This document shows, piece after piece, positions 24,088 to 35,273 of a stretch of 64,000 nucleotides of DNA. The notes below the pieces were generated by a model. That model saw only the letters and a program-made list of their open reading frames with translations, had not been told where the DNA came from and ran no database searches. The stretch covers positions 637,319 to 701,318 of the forward strand of contig ML992512.1 of assembly GCA_010093995.1 (NCBI GenBank). Direction: 5' to 3'. The stretch's first letter is position 1, and each line of letters opens with the position of its first letter. Source of the DNA: Elsinoe ampelina. Its lineage: Eukaryota. A program made the position numbers and the translations under genes.

Positions 24088-24525
24088 GGTGAGGTTGTAC
24101 GTGCAAGTGAATTTCTGGCGGGGATCTGATAAGGAGGGGCGATGTCGGATGCATCATGCATCAGCTGGAGGAGATTAGAGTTGGCGGATGGGGCCGCAGA
24201 GCCGCGGATGACGGTGCTGCCCCCCTGGCTGTTTGATGATATTTCGGGGAGCTTGGATTTTAAGATTGTTATTTGAGAAGTCGTGTCAATGCGATTTTTC
24301 TCGACGATTTCAAAGGACGAGATGCAGAGGTGTTTGATTGAGCATTGAACGATACTGTATCACACATGTTGCCGGAGACTTCCGCCAAACTACATCCTTG
24401 GTGATCCGAGATCTGGCAGCCTCGAAACAACAGCGTGGACACCAGCTAGCAGGTCAAGCGACATCAGAATTTTTGACGACATCCGCAATAACGCAGAGCA
24501 AAAGTAGCAGCGATTCACCGCCATC

Positions 24526-25336
24526 ATGGCTTTCTTTTCGTGGATCATCACGCACGTCGCACCGCTGTTCTTGGTATCGTCGCCAATCACCAGTTATGCG
24601 GACCAGATCTACTCGATATACAAGACGAACTCGTCAGCCGGGTTCTCCCTGGACATACCATTGATCATGCTTGTAGCATCAATACTAAAGTGCGAAACCT
24701 GCTGTTCGGATTCATCCGGTCGGATGCTAATGTAATACCAGAATCTTCTACTGGTTTGGCGAGCGATATGACACTTCTTTGCTTTTACAAGCAGTCTTGA
24801 TGGTTGGGGTGCAGACATTGCTCCTCCACGTAGCACTACGAGGAAGACCGTCACTTACTTCCTCGACCGCCAAGCCATTCGATGGCATGGATGGACCGGA
24901 ACCTCTTTTCTCACGACGGCCGTACAACTTTTGGCAATGGCGATCTACGCAGCCGTACTGGAATTTCTTGGGATATTACACTCTTGCATTATTAGTGCTG
25001 GGCATCTTCATTGGCGACTCGAAGAGGTATATCGAGCTGCAAGGCTATGTGGCACTTTCGATAGAAGCCATGCTTCCACTTCCACAGATCGCGTCCAATC
25101 AGCGGAACAGGAGTTGCAAGGGCTTCAGGTTGAGTGTGCTCTTGAATTGGCTATTGGGTGACGCCATGAAGATGACCTTCTTCTTCATGGCCGACTCAGA
25201 TATTCCTTGGGCATTCAAGTTGTGTGGTCTATTCCAGGCCATGTGTGATTGCTATCTCGGTATACAGTATTGGATGTTTGGAGAAGGTCAGGATGTACAG
25301 TACAGCCCGGAGAGTAGAGAGATGCGGAAGTTATAG
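24526..25336 (+). CDS. PQ-loop repeat membrane protein (Any1/PQLC1-like); intron 24690-24741
   Basis: SYADQIYSI...SAGFSLDIPLIML...KIFYWFG; EAMLPLPQI...GFRLSVLLNWLLGD; LCGLFQ. Confidence 0.85.
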
Positions 25337-25891
25337 CATGATAGAATTGCATTGGGACCTGTCTGCATGTTGAATGTTCATTAATCATTTGGGATGCAGC
25401 CGCCGGGTAGTGTCGGACCGGCATCGGCTCTGCGCTTGCGGAATCTGCCCATCCGCACAAATGGGAGAGGGGCTGCAAATCAATCTAATCAGATCTTTCA
25501 TCGTCCCTCGACTTTGGACATTCACGACATCGAAGATCAAAGGTGAGTGACCTCATGTATTTCTAGCATTGTTATTTCGAAGCAAGCAGCATCGTCTGTG
25601 GAACCCTCGCTCACCCTTGCACTGTCCTACGTCCACAATGCGCGAATTTGCACCGCCTCGAGAACACCTCCTTCATTCACCATTCGTCCTGATCCGCGGG
25701 ATAGCAGCTCTTTGACACTGTGTAGTAGCCTCGGCTTTTCGATAGAGCACTTCAGACGGTTCAGACGAAGGTACTGAACCGACCTTGCACATACAGGGCC
25801 AGGTCGTCCTGCGGTGACCCTGGCTGGCATTCCCTCCCTCCTCTCGACCAGATACACGACCTTCGCAACATACATTCAGTGCATAAATACC

Positions 25892-27043
25892 ATGGCGTCG
25901 CCACAAACAAAAGTCGAGACCTCTCAGGCGGGTAGTCCGAATGTCCCTATGGCACTGAAGATAGCGATGCCACCAGCCTCGGCGCAGAACATGCAACCAC
26001 TAGCAGTTGCTTCGCCATCCACCAATATTCAACCTGCCCAGTCAATCGAGTCTGCCGACAGCCCAGGCGATATGAAGCCGCAGTGCGCTCCGTATGGTCC
26101 CGCGTCAAGAGAGTACAAGATACCTCCTCGAGCCAAGCCAGGTCGCAAGCCAAAGATCGAAACAAACGACCAGCATCGAAGAGAACAGAACAAGAACGCT
26201 CAGAAGAAGTTCAGGGCCAAGCAGGCGGACAAGATAAAAGACCTCAGTGACGAGGTCGACCAGTTGACTAGTAAGATGCGAAACATTGAGGCGGCACGCC
26301 TAGCTCTACAACGAACAGTCGAGGAAACACGGGCACATCTTCACACTGCGCTGAATGATAAAGAAGCGTACAAACGCAAAGCAGAGGAGCTAGAAGCAGA
26401 ATTACGGTCGACTAAAAGATCTCGTATCGTCATTCCCGAACCCATGGCGGATGTCCAGTACACATCATCCAGCATGCTTGATCCCTCTCGCCACGGACCC
26501 ACACCACCCAACGAAGCAGATGAGATCGACTTTACCAACTTCGGTAAGACGATGCCAGACAACTGCGGATTCTGCGATGGTACCGACTTCTGCGCATGTA
26601 AGGATGCTGCAGCCGCAAATGCCGCCATCATTCCAGCACCATCAGACCCCGCTCCTGGCAGCATCGCTCCTGGCTCATGCGACATCTGTCAGAAGGATCC
26701 CGAGCAGGCTCGAAAGTGTAGAGAGCTGGCCGCGGCTGCACAATTTAGTCCTGCTCCAGAGATGGCAGTCAAGAAGGACCCTGCACTTTCACAGGGTCCG
26801 AACATTACTCTCCCTTCTTTCGCCGAGATCGAGCGGACGTCGTGCTCGGACTTCCTGGCTAGGGTCAAGCCGGGAAGTGATGAGGCGTATAAGCGGGTAC
26901 TAGGGAGGTTGCATGCATATCCATATGCAGAGAGACCAGGTCGCGAAACACCAGGCTCGCACAAGCCCGCGATGGATCTTGACGCCACAGAAGCGGCGGA
27001 GGCCTTGACGATGTTCGCCACGGGCAACGCGAAGCCGTCCTAG
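25892..27043 (+). CDS. hapX: HapX-like bZIP iron-responsive transcription factor (divergent)
   Basis: Hap4-like YKIPPRAKPGRKP directly before a bZIP; Cys-rich CGFCDGTDFCAC and PGSCDICQKDP...C. First ATG is 25892. Confidence 0.72.
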   Translation: MASPQTKVETSQAGSPNVPMALKIAMPPASAQNMQPLAVASPSTNIQPAQSIESADSPGDMKPQCAPYGPASREYKIPPRAKPGRKPKIETNDQHRREQNKNAQKKFRAKQADKIKDLSDEVDQLTSKMRNIEAARLALQRTVEETRAHLHTALNDKEAYKRKAEELEAELRSTKRSRIVIPEPMADVQYTSSSMLDPSRHGPTPPNEADEIDFTNFGKTMPDNCGFCDGTDFCACKDAAAANAAIIPAPSDPAPGSIAPGSCDICQKDPEQARKCRELAAAAQFSPAPEMAVKKDPALSQGPNITLPSFAEIERTSCSDFLARVKPGSDEAYKRVLGRLHAYPYAERPGRETPGSHKPAMDLDATEAAEALTMFATGNAKPS

Positions 27044-27192
27044 ATCGAGCACTGGCACTCATAATGACAGAATTGTAGATACGCATATACACATGGTTTC
27101 CAGAATACAGATGAGGGTTCAATCCCACCTTCACTTTATCTCCACTTTCAAACGCGTCTCGTTTCCGAAAATTCAAGCGTGGTCACCACTGC

Positions 27193-28552
27193 TCAAGCCT
27201 CTCGAGAGAGCGGCAGCCCAAGCTGTGCCAGATACTTTGCATACCCTAGCTTCTTCCATCTTCTCCTCTCCTCTCCATCCCTCACCGTAATTATACCCAT
27301 GATACCGGCAGCATTGATCCCATACACACCCTCTCCTTCTGCCGTCCTCGCCGCCGTCCTCGGTATCACAACCAGCGCCCTAGCCGTCAAGACCATGTTG
27401 TACGCCACCACGCCTTTTTCGCGCATCACTTGCTTAGCCCTTTCCAGTACTTTTACGTAGAGTCTGTACACTCCCACGCCATCTACCCAGTCCTCGAGAC
27501 CAACAGCGAAGTGTCTGTACGGCACACCCTCCACGTTCTCCTCAATCTGACTTCCACTGACCCGATCCAGCCACACTCCCGCATCAGGCACAGGATGGAT
27601 CTGTAAATGTCTGTGCATCTGACTTGCTCCCGCTTCGTACCCACAGGAGTAAGTGACCATATATCTCCTCCCACCCTCTCTCTGCGTCTTCCCATCCCAC
27701 TCGTCTCTCATGTCCCCATGCCCCCTCCCCTCCTCTCCTGCCATCCCCCTCTCCCTTCCCTCGCCCTTTCCCCCTCTCTGTCCCTCGCTTCGTTCCTCAC
27801 TCGGACCCCTTCCCCCTCCCACTTCCCATTCTACTCCCAATTCCTCCCTTACTTCGTCCCCTCCCGGCCCCTTGTGCTGTCCTCCACACTCCAACCCCCT
27901 CAACACCGCCCACCCAGCCCCCACATCCCCCCGATCTAGATCCTCAGTCTGCAGCGCAAACCCCACAGTAGTGACGAGCAGCATAGGTCTGAACACACAG
28001 AACTCGTTCAGCAGGAGATTATGCCCGTCTCCTACCGGACAGATGAGGACATGGGGCTTGGGGGGCAAGAAAGGTGAGCCCGAGGGAAGGGGGGAGGGGT
28101 TGTGCAGGGGTTTCTTCAGGAAGGAGAGGGAGGGGTGGAAGGTGAACTTGTGTGTCAGAGCAGACTTGAGATGAGCGGGTGGGTGGTGGATGCTGGAAGG
28201 AGAAAGAAGAGAGAGGGGGGAGGGGGGAGGGGGGAGGGAGGAGGGTTTGGAAGGGGATGTAGGGGAGGGAGAAGGGGGAGGGAGATGAGAGAGGGTAGAG
28301 GAGGAGGAGGAGGAGGGAACGGAGAGGGAGCAGATGTAGGGAGTAGAGGATGTGATGAGGTGAGACGGGTTTGCGATGGATTGGGAAGAGGGGACAAAGC
28401 AGCGGGGAGGAGAGAGGTACCTTGAAGCCATTGTCGTTGTACACTTCCGGCGTAGAGGGCTGGTATTGGATGAGATGCCGGTGGACGAGGGTGTCGAAGC
28501 GGTTGAGGACGAGATTCTCGAGGTCGGAGGGGAGGTTGATGTTGTTGGCCAT
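27193..28552 (-). CDS. ATP adenylyltransferase / Ap4A phosphorylase (Apa1/Apa2-like); 274-nt intron 28147-28420
   Basis: Exon 1 ends NGFK and exon 2 starts FTFHPSLSFLKKP. Contains PFLPP, LLLNEFCVFRP, GASQMHRHLQ, YNMVLT...VIPR and INAAGIMG. Confidence 0.78.
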
Positions 28553-28878
28553 GACTTTGGCGACGGCTTCCGAATTTGTGACAAGAGATAGCTGTAAATC
28601 AGGCCATCAAAGATGGTCGTACAGGACACTAAACGCCACAGACTTTAAGCGCCGTACCACGTGACCGTAAGCGCCCAGGTGATTTAGAAATGCAAACAGG
28701 GGTATCATGAATCGTCAGTATCTGCAGTACCTGTGCAATGCATGTGCATGAGTGGCGTGACCATTACCTTCCGTCCGATCCCTAAGACCTGGTCCTTTCT
28801 ACGGTTTCCCGGACCCAATCCTCGTCTTCTTGCAACACAATCCATACTCGACTTGCTTGCATACCCCAAGACGGTCAA

Positions 28879-30527
28879 TCAAAATGCTCCTTCGCCTCCA
28901 GTACCATTAGCAGCGCTCGCCAGCCATACGCCACAAAGCCCCCACATGCCCACCCTCCATCCTCGCCACAACCCACTTAGCCCTTGGCCCTTCTTCTCCT
29001 TGCCGCCCTTCCTGACCGATACAGGCGTGTTCATGACGGAGCTGACCCCGCTTCTCCGCACACCTTCCTCGAAGACGATACAATAAACTGTACCAAACAC
29101 ACCCTTGTACGGTCCAGGTGTGACGATCGTTCTCAGCTCAGAGTCCAGCAGTCCATACTTGGTCGCTGTTGATGCTGCCGTCGAGGATGATCGTGACGAG
29201 GACGTTGCTTTTATGTGGCGATTATATCGAGCTGTGTGCTGTGCTCGTAATGTTGAGACTTGCGCGCGGCGAAGCACGGTCTCAAGCGGAAGTTTGAGGA
29301 ACAGCTCAGCTGCGGAGGAGAAGAATGAGCAGAAGCTGTAGAGTGTCGGCGTGGTCAGAGGATCGATGTGGAGTTGAGATCGGAGGAGAAGGGGTGTGGA
29401 GGATGTGAGTAGTGGCGGGAGCATGGAGTGCAGGAGGGTGATGGGAAGGAGAGACGTGGGCACAACGAGTGATGGGAGTGATCGTAAGATCTGGATGGTC
29501 GCTCGGGGTGGAAGGGACGTCGGTGTGATGATCAGACTACTCGTAATCAGCTTGTGTACCTCGATTTGAAGGTCCAACATACCGTGTCCGTGCGAGGTCG
29601 AGAGGAGCAAGAAGCACGCCAGTGATACCTGCGGCAGCTACCGCCACGCCGAGTGATACAAGCGGCGATGGACTATCAGCGACATCTACGCCTCCCATCG
29701 CTGATGCAACCAAGTCTGAAGGTGTTCCTGCCATGGCGGCGGGATCCGGCAAGTTGGCCAATGCTGATAGCAGACTCCGCGTCCATGACTCCAACGCCTT
29801 GACAAGCACATTGTATACGAATGTCGCATTTGTAGCTTTCCACAGACCTGTCGCCCCTGAGCTGTTCCACAGTGCGCCGAGTGTTTCGAGAATGGAGTCG
29901 TGCTGCCGCAGCCGTAATCTGTGAGGATGCGAATAGGAGGATGGGACTGGTGTGGTCGACTCTGATCGCGATGGCGGTGACGGTCTCCCTCTCGACCTCT
30001 TCCTTCGCGGTGAGCCATGGTCGTATCTTGAGACTGGCGGCTTGGTAGGTGTAAAGTATGACGGCGAATCCGAGTCCGACTCCTCCTCTGATTGCGAGAG
30101 CTAGCCAGGATGTCAGCTTGATGCTACTACAAATTTCTGCCTACACCTGACTGACCTCATCGATATGTAAGCTCTCCCTACTCCTCGCCGGGGTATCAAG
30201 AGCTAGCTCCTCTTCCTCCGCAAGTCGCACCTGTAGTATCGTCTTCGCTACATCGAAAGGTTGCGCCAGCAGTACACTCGTGTATTTCCAAATTGCCTGG
30301 TCTACAATCTTCTTGCCTATCTCCGCGGCTGTTGGCCCATCCCTGTCCAGCAGCGGTCCTCTATAGTCAAGATCCGAGAGCAAATCTCTTGCAGAGCGGC
30401 CGATGCCTGGTTTCGAGGTGGTCGCGCCGGCAGCTGCTGTGTTCGCCGCTCGGTCAGGCGGTATTCCTATCGATGGCGGGACATAATATGGTCGGAGGGG
30501 ATTTGGAGTATCCCGTGAGGTCGCCAT
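28879..30527 (-). CDS. UGO1: Mitochondrial fusion protein Ugo1 (carrier-like); introns 30101-30155 and 29537-29582
   Basis: NPLRPYYVPP, LAQPFDVAKTILQV, LAPLDLARTRLI, KLPLETVLRRAQ, GLWRGWRVGMWG. Confidence 0.87.
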
Positions 30528-30780
30528 GGTCTGAAAGGGTGCATATTCAGAAGTCATGTTCGCGACGGGGCGATGGAATGTTTCTTGATTCGAGAGATGA
30601 TGTCGATCAACATGCTAGCACGGTGAGCGAGATCTACATCTGCGCAAGAAATTTATTGCTGACGTCGGTATAGAGGCCGTTGTTCCGTCTTCGACCTCAA
30701 CTTTTTTCTCGATCGACGACAAGCAATACCAGACGAGTCACCTCTGGCTTCTACACCTACAGACGAGGATCGAGCTGAAA

Positions 30781-31392
30781 ATGTCACCCTCCTCACGAAT
30801 TGCTCGCTCTCTCCTCGCCCAACATGCCCGCACCTTTCAATCCACCAACCACATCCTCCCCCGACCAAGCTCAATAGCAACCCGCTCCTTCACCTCTCAA
30901 CCTCCCCTCTCCTCCCCCCGCCCCTCCCTATCAACCCTCTCACCACCCACCACCCACCTCCGCCAAACGCGCTCCCCCCGCACCTTCTCCACCACCCCCC
31001 ACCTCTCCCACGGCCACCTCGACAAGCCCCCCCCGGGCGAAGAACGCCACATAACCTTCATCGACAAAGACTCCACGCGACACACCTTCGAAGTCGCCGA
31101 CGGCGCCAACCTCCTGGACATCGCACAAGCCAACGACCTCGAAATGGAAGGTGCCTGCGGGGGCAGCTGCGCGTGCAGTACGTGCCACGTGATCGTCGAG
31201 GACGGGGACATGTACGATAAGATGGAGGAGCCGGACGACGACGAGAATGACATGTTGGATTTGGCGTTTGGGTTGACGGAAACGAGTAGGCTTGGGTGTC
31301 AGATCAAGATGAGTAAGGAGTTGGATGGGTTGGTGGTTAGGTTGCCGAGTATGACGAGGAATTTGCAGGCGAGTGATTTTGCGAAGAAGTAA
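30781..31392 (+). CDS. YAH1: Mitochondrial adrenodoxin-type [2Fe-2S] ferredoxin
   Basis: Arg/Ser-rich presequence; EGACGGSCACSTCHVI; ENDMLDLAFGLTETSRLGCQ. Confidence 0.95.
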   Translation: MSPSSRIARSLLAQHARTFQSTNHILPRPSSIATRSFTSQPPLSSPRPSLSTLSPPTTHLRQTRSPRTFSTTPHLSHGHLDKPPPGEERHITFIDKDSTRHTFEVADGANLLDIAQANDLEMEGACGGSCACSTCHVIVEDGDMYDKMEEPDDDENDMLDLAFGLTETSRLGCQIKMSKELDGLVVRLPSMTRNLQASDFAKK

Positions 31393-31622
31393 GGAGGGAG
31401 GGGATGAGGGATATGAAGTCGGTAAAGTTTTTGCAGCATGACGGCTGAGGTAGCCGGTGCTGGTCGGTCATGGAGGCAAGTCTGCCATGTATGTATATTG
31501 TACAAAATGACGCATAGCGATAGAACAGGGATGGTCATGTCTCTTTGATATGCAGGATGGGTATCAAATGCTGTCTTGCTAGTATATTCTACCAGTGAAT
31601 CAGCTCGAGCTCGAGAATCGGC

Positions 31623-34600
31623 TCATGGCTGGCTTGCCGCGGCTGCTATGCCGTCTAGAAAGGAATCTGCTTGCATACTGCTGCCGGTCAGAAGCGTTTC
31701 TGGTTCCAATGTTCCTCCTGACGCAGCCTCTTGCATCCCTGTCAACAACGACTCTACAGCTACATTCTCTAGTCGCTCGCTGCGGTCCGCTGCGGGTGAT
31801 GAGACCTCGGAATGCCGAAGTCTGCTCCTGCTACGGCTTCTATCCTGCCTAATGGTCGCCGAGCTGGTCACAGTCGCCGAGCTGGTCACAGTCGGCGTGT
31901 CAAACTCTCCCGTGGCTGGAGATGACGACTGAATGGATGCGTTGTCAATCTTGGACTTCTTGATAGGGCTGAAAGATTCGGCGATCCCACCGCCATCTGT
32001 ATCATTTGCCTTCCGCTTTTTCTTGGCCTTGGCCATCTTATTGTCCATGGTCTGTCTCGCGTGAAATTTCACCAAGAAGTCGCGCATCTTATTGCGCTTC
32101 GCCACAGGGTCGAAGTCCTCGAAGATATTGTTCTTGTCCATGTCTCGGCTGCAGACCTTCTCAACGAAGAGCCGAGGGTCGCGCAGGAACGTATCCATAT
32201 ATCCGAGCAAAAAGACGCCGCAGTCGAACATATTGGTCTGAGCAGGGATGCCCTTGGCCGAAATACTGGTGATGTCTGCTTTCGTAATACTTTGCCCACG
32301 TTTGTGCTTTGCCTCCTCCACAAGGTACGACTTGAGGTGTCCGATTTCTGTTGAGTGGGGTTTGCCCATGCTGTCTAACGCGATGATGAGTGGCGCATCG
32401 GGATTCTGCTGTCGCCCACGCCGTTTCAAGAGACCAGTCCCTCCTTCACGGACTGACAAGACCCCTCCTTCGTTGGCCTCCACGAGGGTGTCCTTGTTGG
32501 TTGACGACGGTGGGATAGGTGATGAAGGTGTTACAGCTTCTGTACCAGTGGCGTCGAGGCTCATTCGCTGCATCGCTAGACTCGTGGGATCTTCAACTTC
32601 TGTCTGCGAGGAGTTTGGTACTGGCAGATCGGCGTCCTGTCCAATTGGTTGAGATGAGTTCGCCAGTGCATCGGTGTGTCCGGGCTCGACGTCCGTCGAT
32701 TGCAATAGCTTGTCCGCGTTGCAGATAATGAAGACATACCAGTGGGCAGCTGAGTTGACAGGAACGATGATGTAGGGATACTTGAACAGATCTATTTTCC
32801 GGGTCCAAGACTTGACGTTGTCGTATTTGAAGGCGCTTCGTCCATTCGGTCCTTTGGTGAGAGAGTCGTAGAAGTATGAGTTGAAGAAATGGACTTCATC
32901 GGCAAGCTGGTCGTGCTTGATCTCCAGTCTTCTTAACTCAAAGGCTATGAGGTTGTCATTGAGCATCTCTTCCTCTTCCAATCTTTCCAGGTCAGACCAG
33001 TTCACCATGACTTGCTTCGGGGCGTTAGGAGGGTACGTGAGGGGGTTCTTCCAGGGTTTCCTCGAAGGGTGGTCAATCCAACGCGGTCTTTCCACAGCTT
33101 GATGGACCAAGTCGACGTACTGTCGGGGCTGGCTATCCCTCAGTCGATTACTGGCACGGAGGCCTTTCTTCTCTGTCGGTGTCACTTCTTGCACTTCCTT
33201 CTGAGCAGCAGCTGTAGTCTTCTGACTCCTAGTATGGTCTTCTGGACCCACGTCTGAGATGTCAGATTGGAGCTGTGAAGATCGTGGCTCGCCTATCTCG
33301 GCAACAGGCCTCTCCAATGCCGCCGGCAGCGGTCCCGAATGGTGTGCCTCTCCAGACACGCGAGCCACGGCGTGTTCTGCAAGTTGCGTGGTTGGCTCGT
33401 GGATTTCGAGCTCTGGTGAATTGTCGCGAAGCAATGCTTTCGAACCCTGCTGCAAGCTTTCGGAAGTGACTTTTCCCCTGTGGCTTCGAGTGAGTAGGGC
33501 AGAGAATAAACGATCGCTTGCACCCATGGACCGATCTGAATGCCCGGTGACAGCTCTCGACGTTTGTGTACTTTTGGTGCTAGAAGGTTGAGTGGCGTGG
33601 GCATCTTCGGGCTCGCTGTCCTCGACCACGTCGGCCTTCTCACCATGCTCGATGCCTATCTCTTCTTTGCGGTGGTTCCGGGTACGTTCAGGAAGATCGA
33701 CAGCTTCTCCATCCGGAATCGTTGTACGCCTTGAGGTGTCTTGTGTTGTCCATGACTTCGTGGCAGGTACCGGCACATTGGACGGACCACTAAGCACGTC
33801 TGCACTCGATCGACGGTGTTTCACGGACCTCTTTTTCGATCTTGGAAGAGGGTTCTGATTCGGGGTCGAAGTATCCCTCATTGCATCCCTGCGACGAGTC
33901 ACTGGGGCGCCATGGATTGGTATTTCGATGATAGTCTCTGAGGACTTCGGTAGCTTTGCAGTTGGACATTTGACCTTGGCAGAATTTTCCGGCTGCCGAG
34001 ATGCTGGTGGGGATGATCGGATATTTTGCTTTGAAGACAATAGAATACCATTCTGACTCGATGGGATCCGAGTCTCGGTCCTGTCCATTTCATCGTCCCT
34101 GTGGTCGTTGTCGTCCCGTTCCACTACTTTCCCGGGCTTGGATCTTCGATGGTTCACCACGATCTGAGGGACTTCAGGCGATCCGTGGCCTTGTATGAGT
34201 GTCGGATTTTGAGTTCGGTGCTTGGAAGGCCGCGAAGTTTTGTCTTGAGGCTGGGAATCGTCAATGTTGATTGGGTCGGCAGCTTGACCACCGTGATGCT
34301 GAATCTTGGTCCGCTTCTTGAGTAAGGTAGGAGATCTCTCCGCGCCGTCTTCGCTTGTGAGGTCATTCCTCCAATGGTCTGGAGATTCGTGTGCTTCCTG
34401 AATAGCGGTCTTGCGTACGGTACTACTCGGTCCACCCTTCGATGACACCTCGTCCATACGTGGAGTCGTTCGGTTCGTAAGAAGGGGTCGAACTTCGCTT
34501 GCAATCCTTACGGGACTGCTTTTCACCTTTCTGGCGACAGATGATTTGTTGCTGTAGACAGCCCCAGCCCCAGCCCGTCGAGCATCATAGGCAGTTCCTG

Positions 34601-35273
34601 CATTGTCCTCAATAGGGTCGGACGCCTGATCATGGGATTCGATATCCTTGGTACGGTAGATGGGTGATGACTTGGCCGTTTTCTGCTTTTTCATGGGCGG
34701 CTCCGAGTTGACACCATGCTTTGTGGGAGGCGTTGGTCGACCATTCTTGACACTCAGAGACAAGTCCTCATCGCTGGAGAAAGTCGTTCTATGACCTCTC
34801 CATGCATACTTGCCGTACGTGACAGGAGTCCGGGAGACCTGGGTCTGGCTTGCCGTGAGTGTATTCTTTGGCTTGTAAGTGCCAGCCACGGATGGCTTCC
34901 GCGCCATGGTGTGGTCCAGAAACGAGACCTCTTCGCAGTCTGGATCTCTCTTCCTCTTGGCTTCACTAGAACCGCACGCGCTTCCCTGGCTGCCCACTGT
35001 TCTTACTTTCGTTATCTCACAGTCTTCTTGTTTTCGTGCCGCTCCTGGTAGCCTTTGTCGAGCGCTTGTGTCGGGAACCAAAGGTGACCGTGACTCATGA
35101 CGTGTCCTGAGGGCACCCTCAAGCCTCTTCGGTGCCTGAGAGGAGTGCTGCGGTCGTGACTCGGCTGAAAAGTACGGTGATCTTTGTGGTGTGGAGTCCA
35201 GTTTAGGTCTTTGTGATTCCCTCTGTCGTCCCAACCGGTCAGCTTCTAGCTGTGCTAGGTAAGGTGAGTACAT
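31623..35273 (-). CDS. Ulp2-like SUMO protease (peptidase C48); start may instead be ATG 35335 via a 32-nt intron 35255-35286
   Basis: MLNDNLI, HFFNSYFY, VKSWTRKIDLF, AHW (His), ALDS (Asp), QTNMFDCGVF (Gln/Cys); long disordered N-terminus. Confidence 0.85.
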   Translation of the reverse strand: MYSPYLAQLEADRLGRQRESQRPKLDSTPQRSPYFSAESRPQHSSQAPKRLEGALRTRHESRSPLVPDTSARQRLPGAARKQEDCEITKVRTVGSQGSACGSSEAKRKRDPDCEEVSFLDHTMARKPSVAGTYKPKNTLTASQTQVSRTPVTYGKYAWRGHRTTFSSDEDLSLSVKNGRPTPPTKHGVNSEPPMKKQKTAKSSPIYRTKDIESHDQASDPIEDNAGTAYDARRAGAGAVYSNKSSVARKVKSSPVRIASEVRPLLTNRTTPRMDEVSSKGGPSSTVRKTAIQEAHESPDHWRNDLTSEDGAERSPTLLKKRTKIQHHGGQAADPINIDDSQPQDKTSRPSKHRTQNPTLIQGHGSPEVPQIVVNHRRSKPGKVVERDDNDHRDDEMDRTETRIPSSQNGILLSSKQNIRSSPPASRQPENSAKVKCPTAKLPKSSETIIEIPIHGAPVTRRRDAMRDTSTPNQNPLPRSKKRSVKHRRSSADVLSGPSNVPVPATKSWTTQDTSRRTTIPDGEAVDLPERTRNHRKEEIGIEHGEKADVVEDSEPEDAHATQPSSTKSTQTSRAVTGHSDRSMGASDRLFSALLTRSHRGKVTSESLQQGSKALLRDNSPELEIHEPTTQLAEHAVARVSGEAHHSGPLPAALERPVAEIGEPRSSQLQSDISDVGPEDHTRSQKTTAAAQKEVQEVTPTEKKGLRASNRLRDSQPRQYVDLVHQAVERPRWIDHPSRKPWKNPLTYPPNAPKQVMVNWSDLERLEEEEMLNDNLIAFELRRLEIKHDQLADEVHFFNSYFYDSLTKGPNGRSAFKYDNVKSWTRKIDLFKYPYIIVPVNSAAHWYVFIICNADKLLQSTDVEPGHTDALANSSQPIGQDADLPVPNSSQTEVEDPTSLAMQRMSLDATGTEAVTPSSPIPPSSTNKDTLVEANEGGVLSVREGGTGLLKRRGRQQNPDAPLIIALDSMGKPHSTEIGHLKSYLVEEAKHKRGQSITKADITSISAKGIPAQTNMFDCGVFLLGYMDTFLRDPRLFVEKVCSRDMDKNNIFEDFDPVAKRNKMRDFLVKFHARQTMDNKMAKAKKKRKANDTDGGGIAESFSPIKKSKIDNASIQSSSPATGEFDTPTVTSSATVTSSATIRQDRSRSRSRLRHSEVSSPAADRSERLENVAVESLLTGMQEAASGGTLEPETLLTGSSMQADSFLDGIAAAASQP

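Noticed and set aside
31855..31890. 18-bp tandem duplication (VTSSAT x2) in the Ulp2-like tail
   Set aside because: Real but a trivial slippage in a disordered region.
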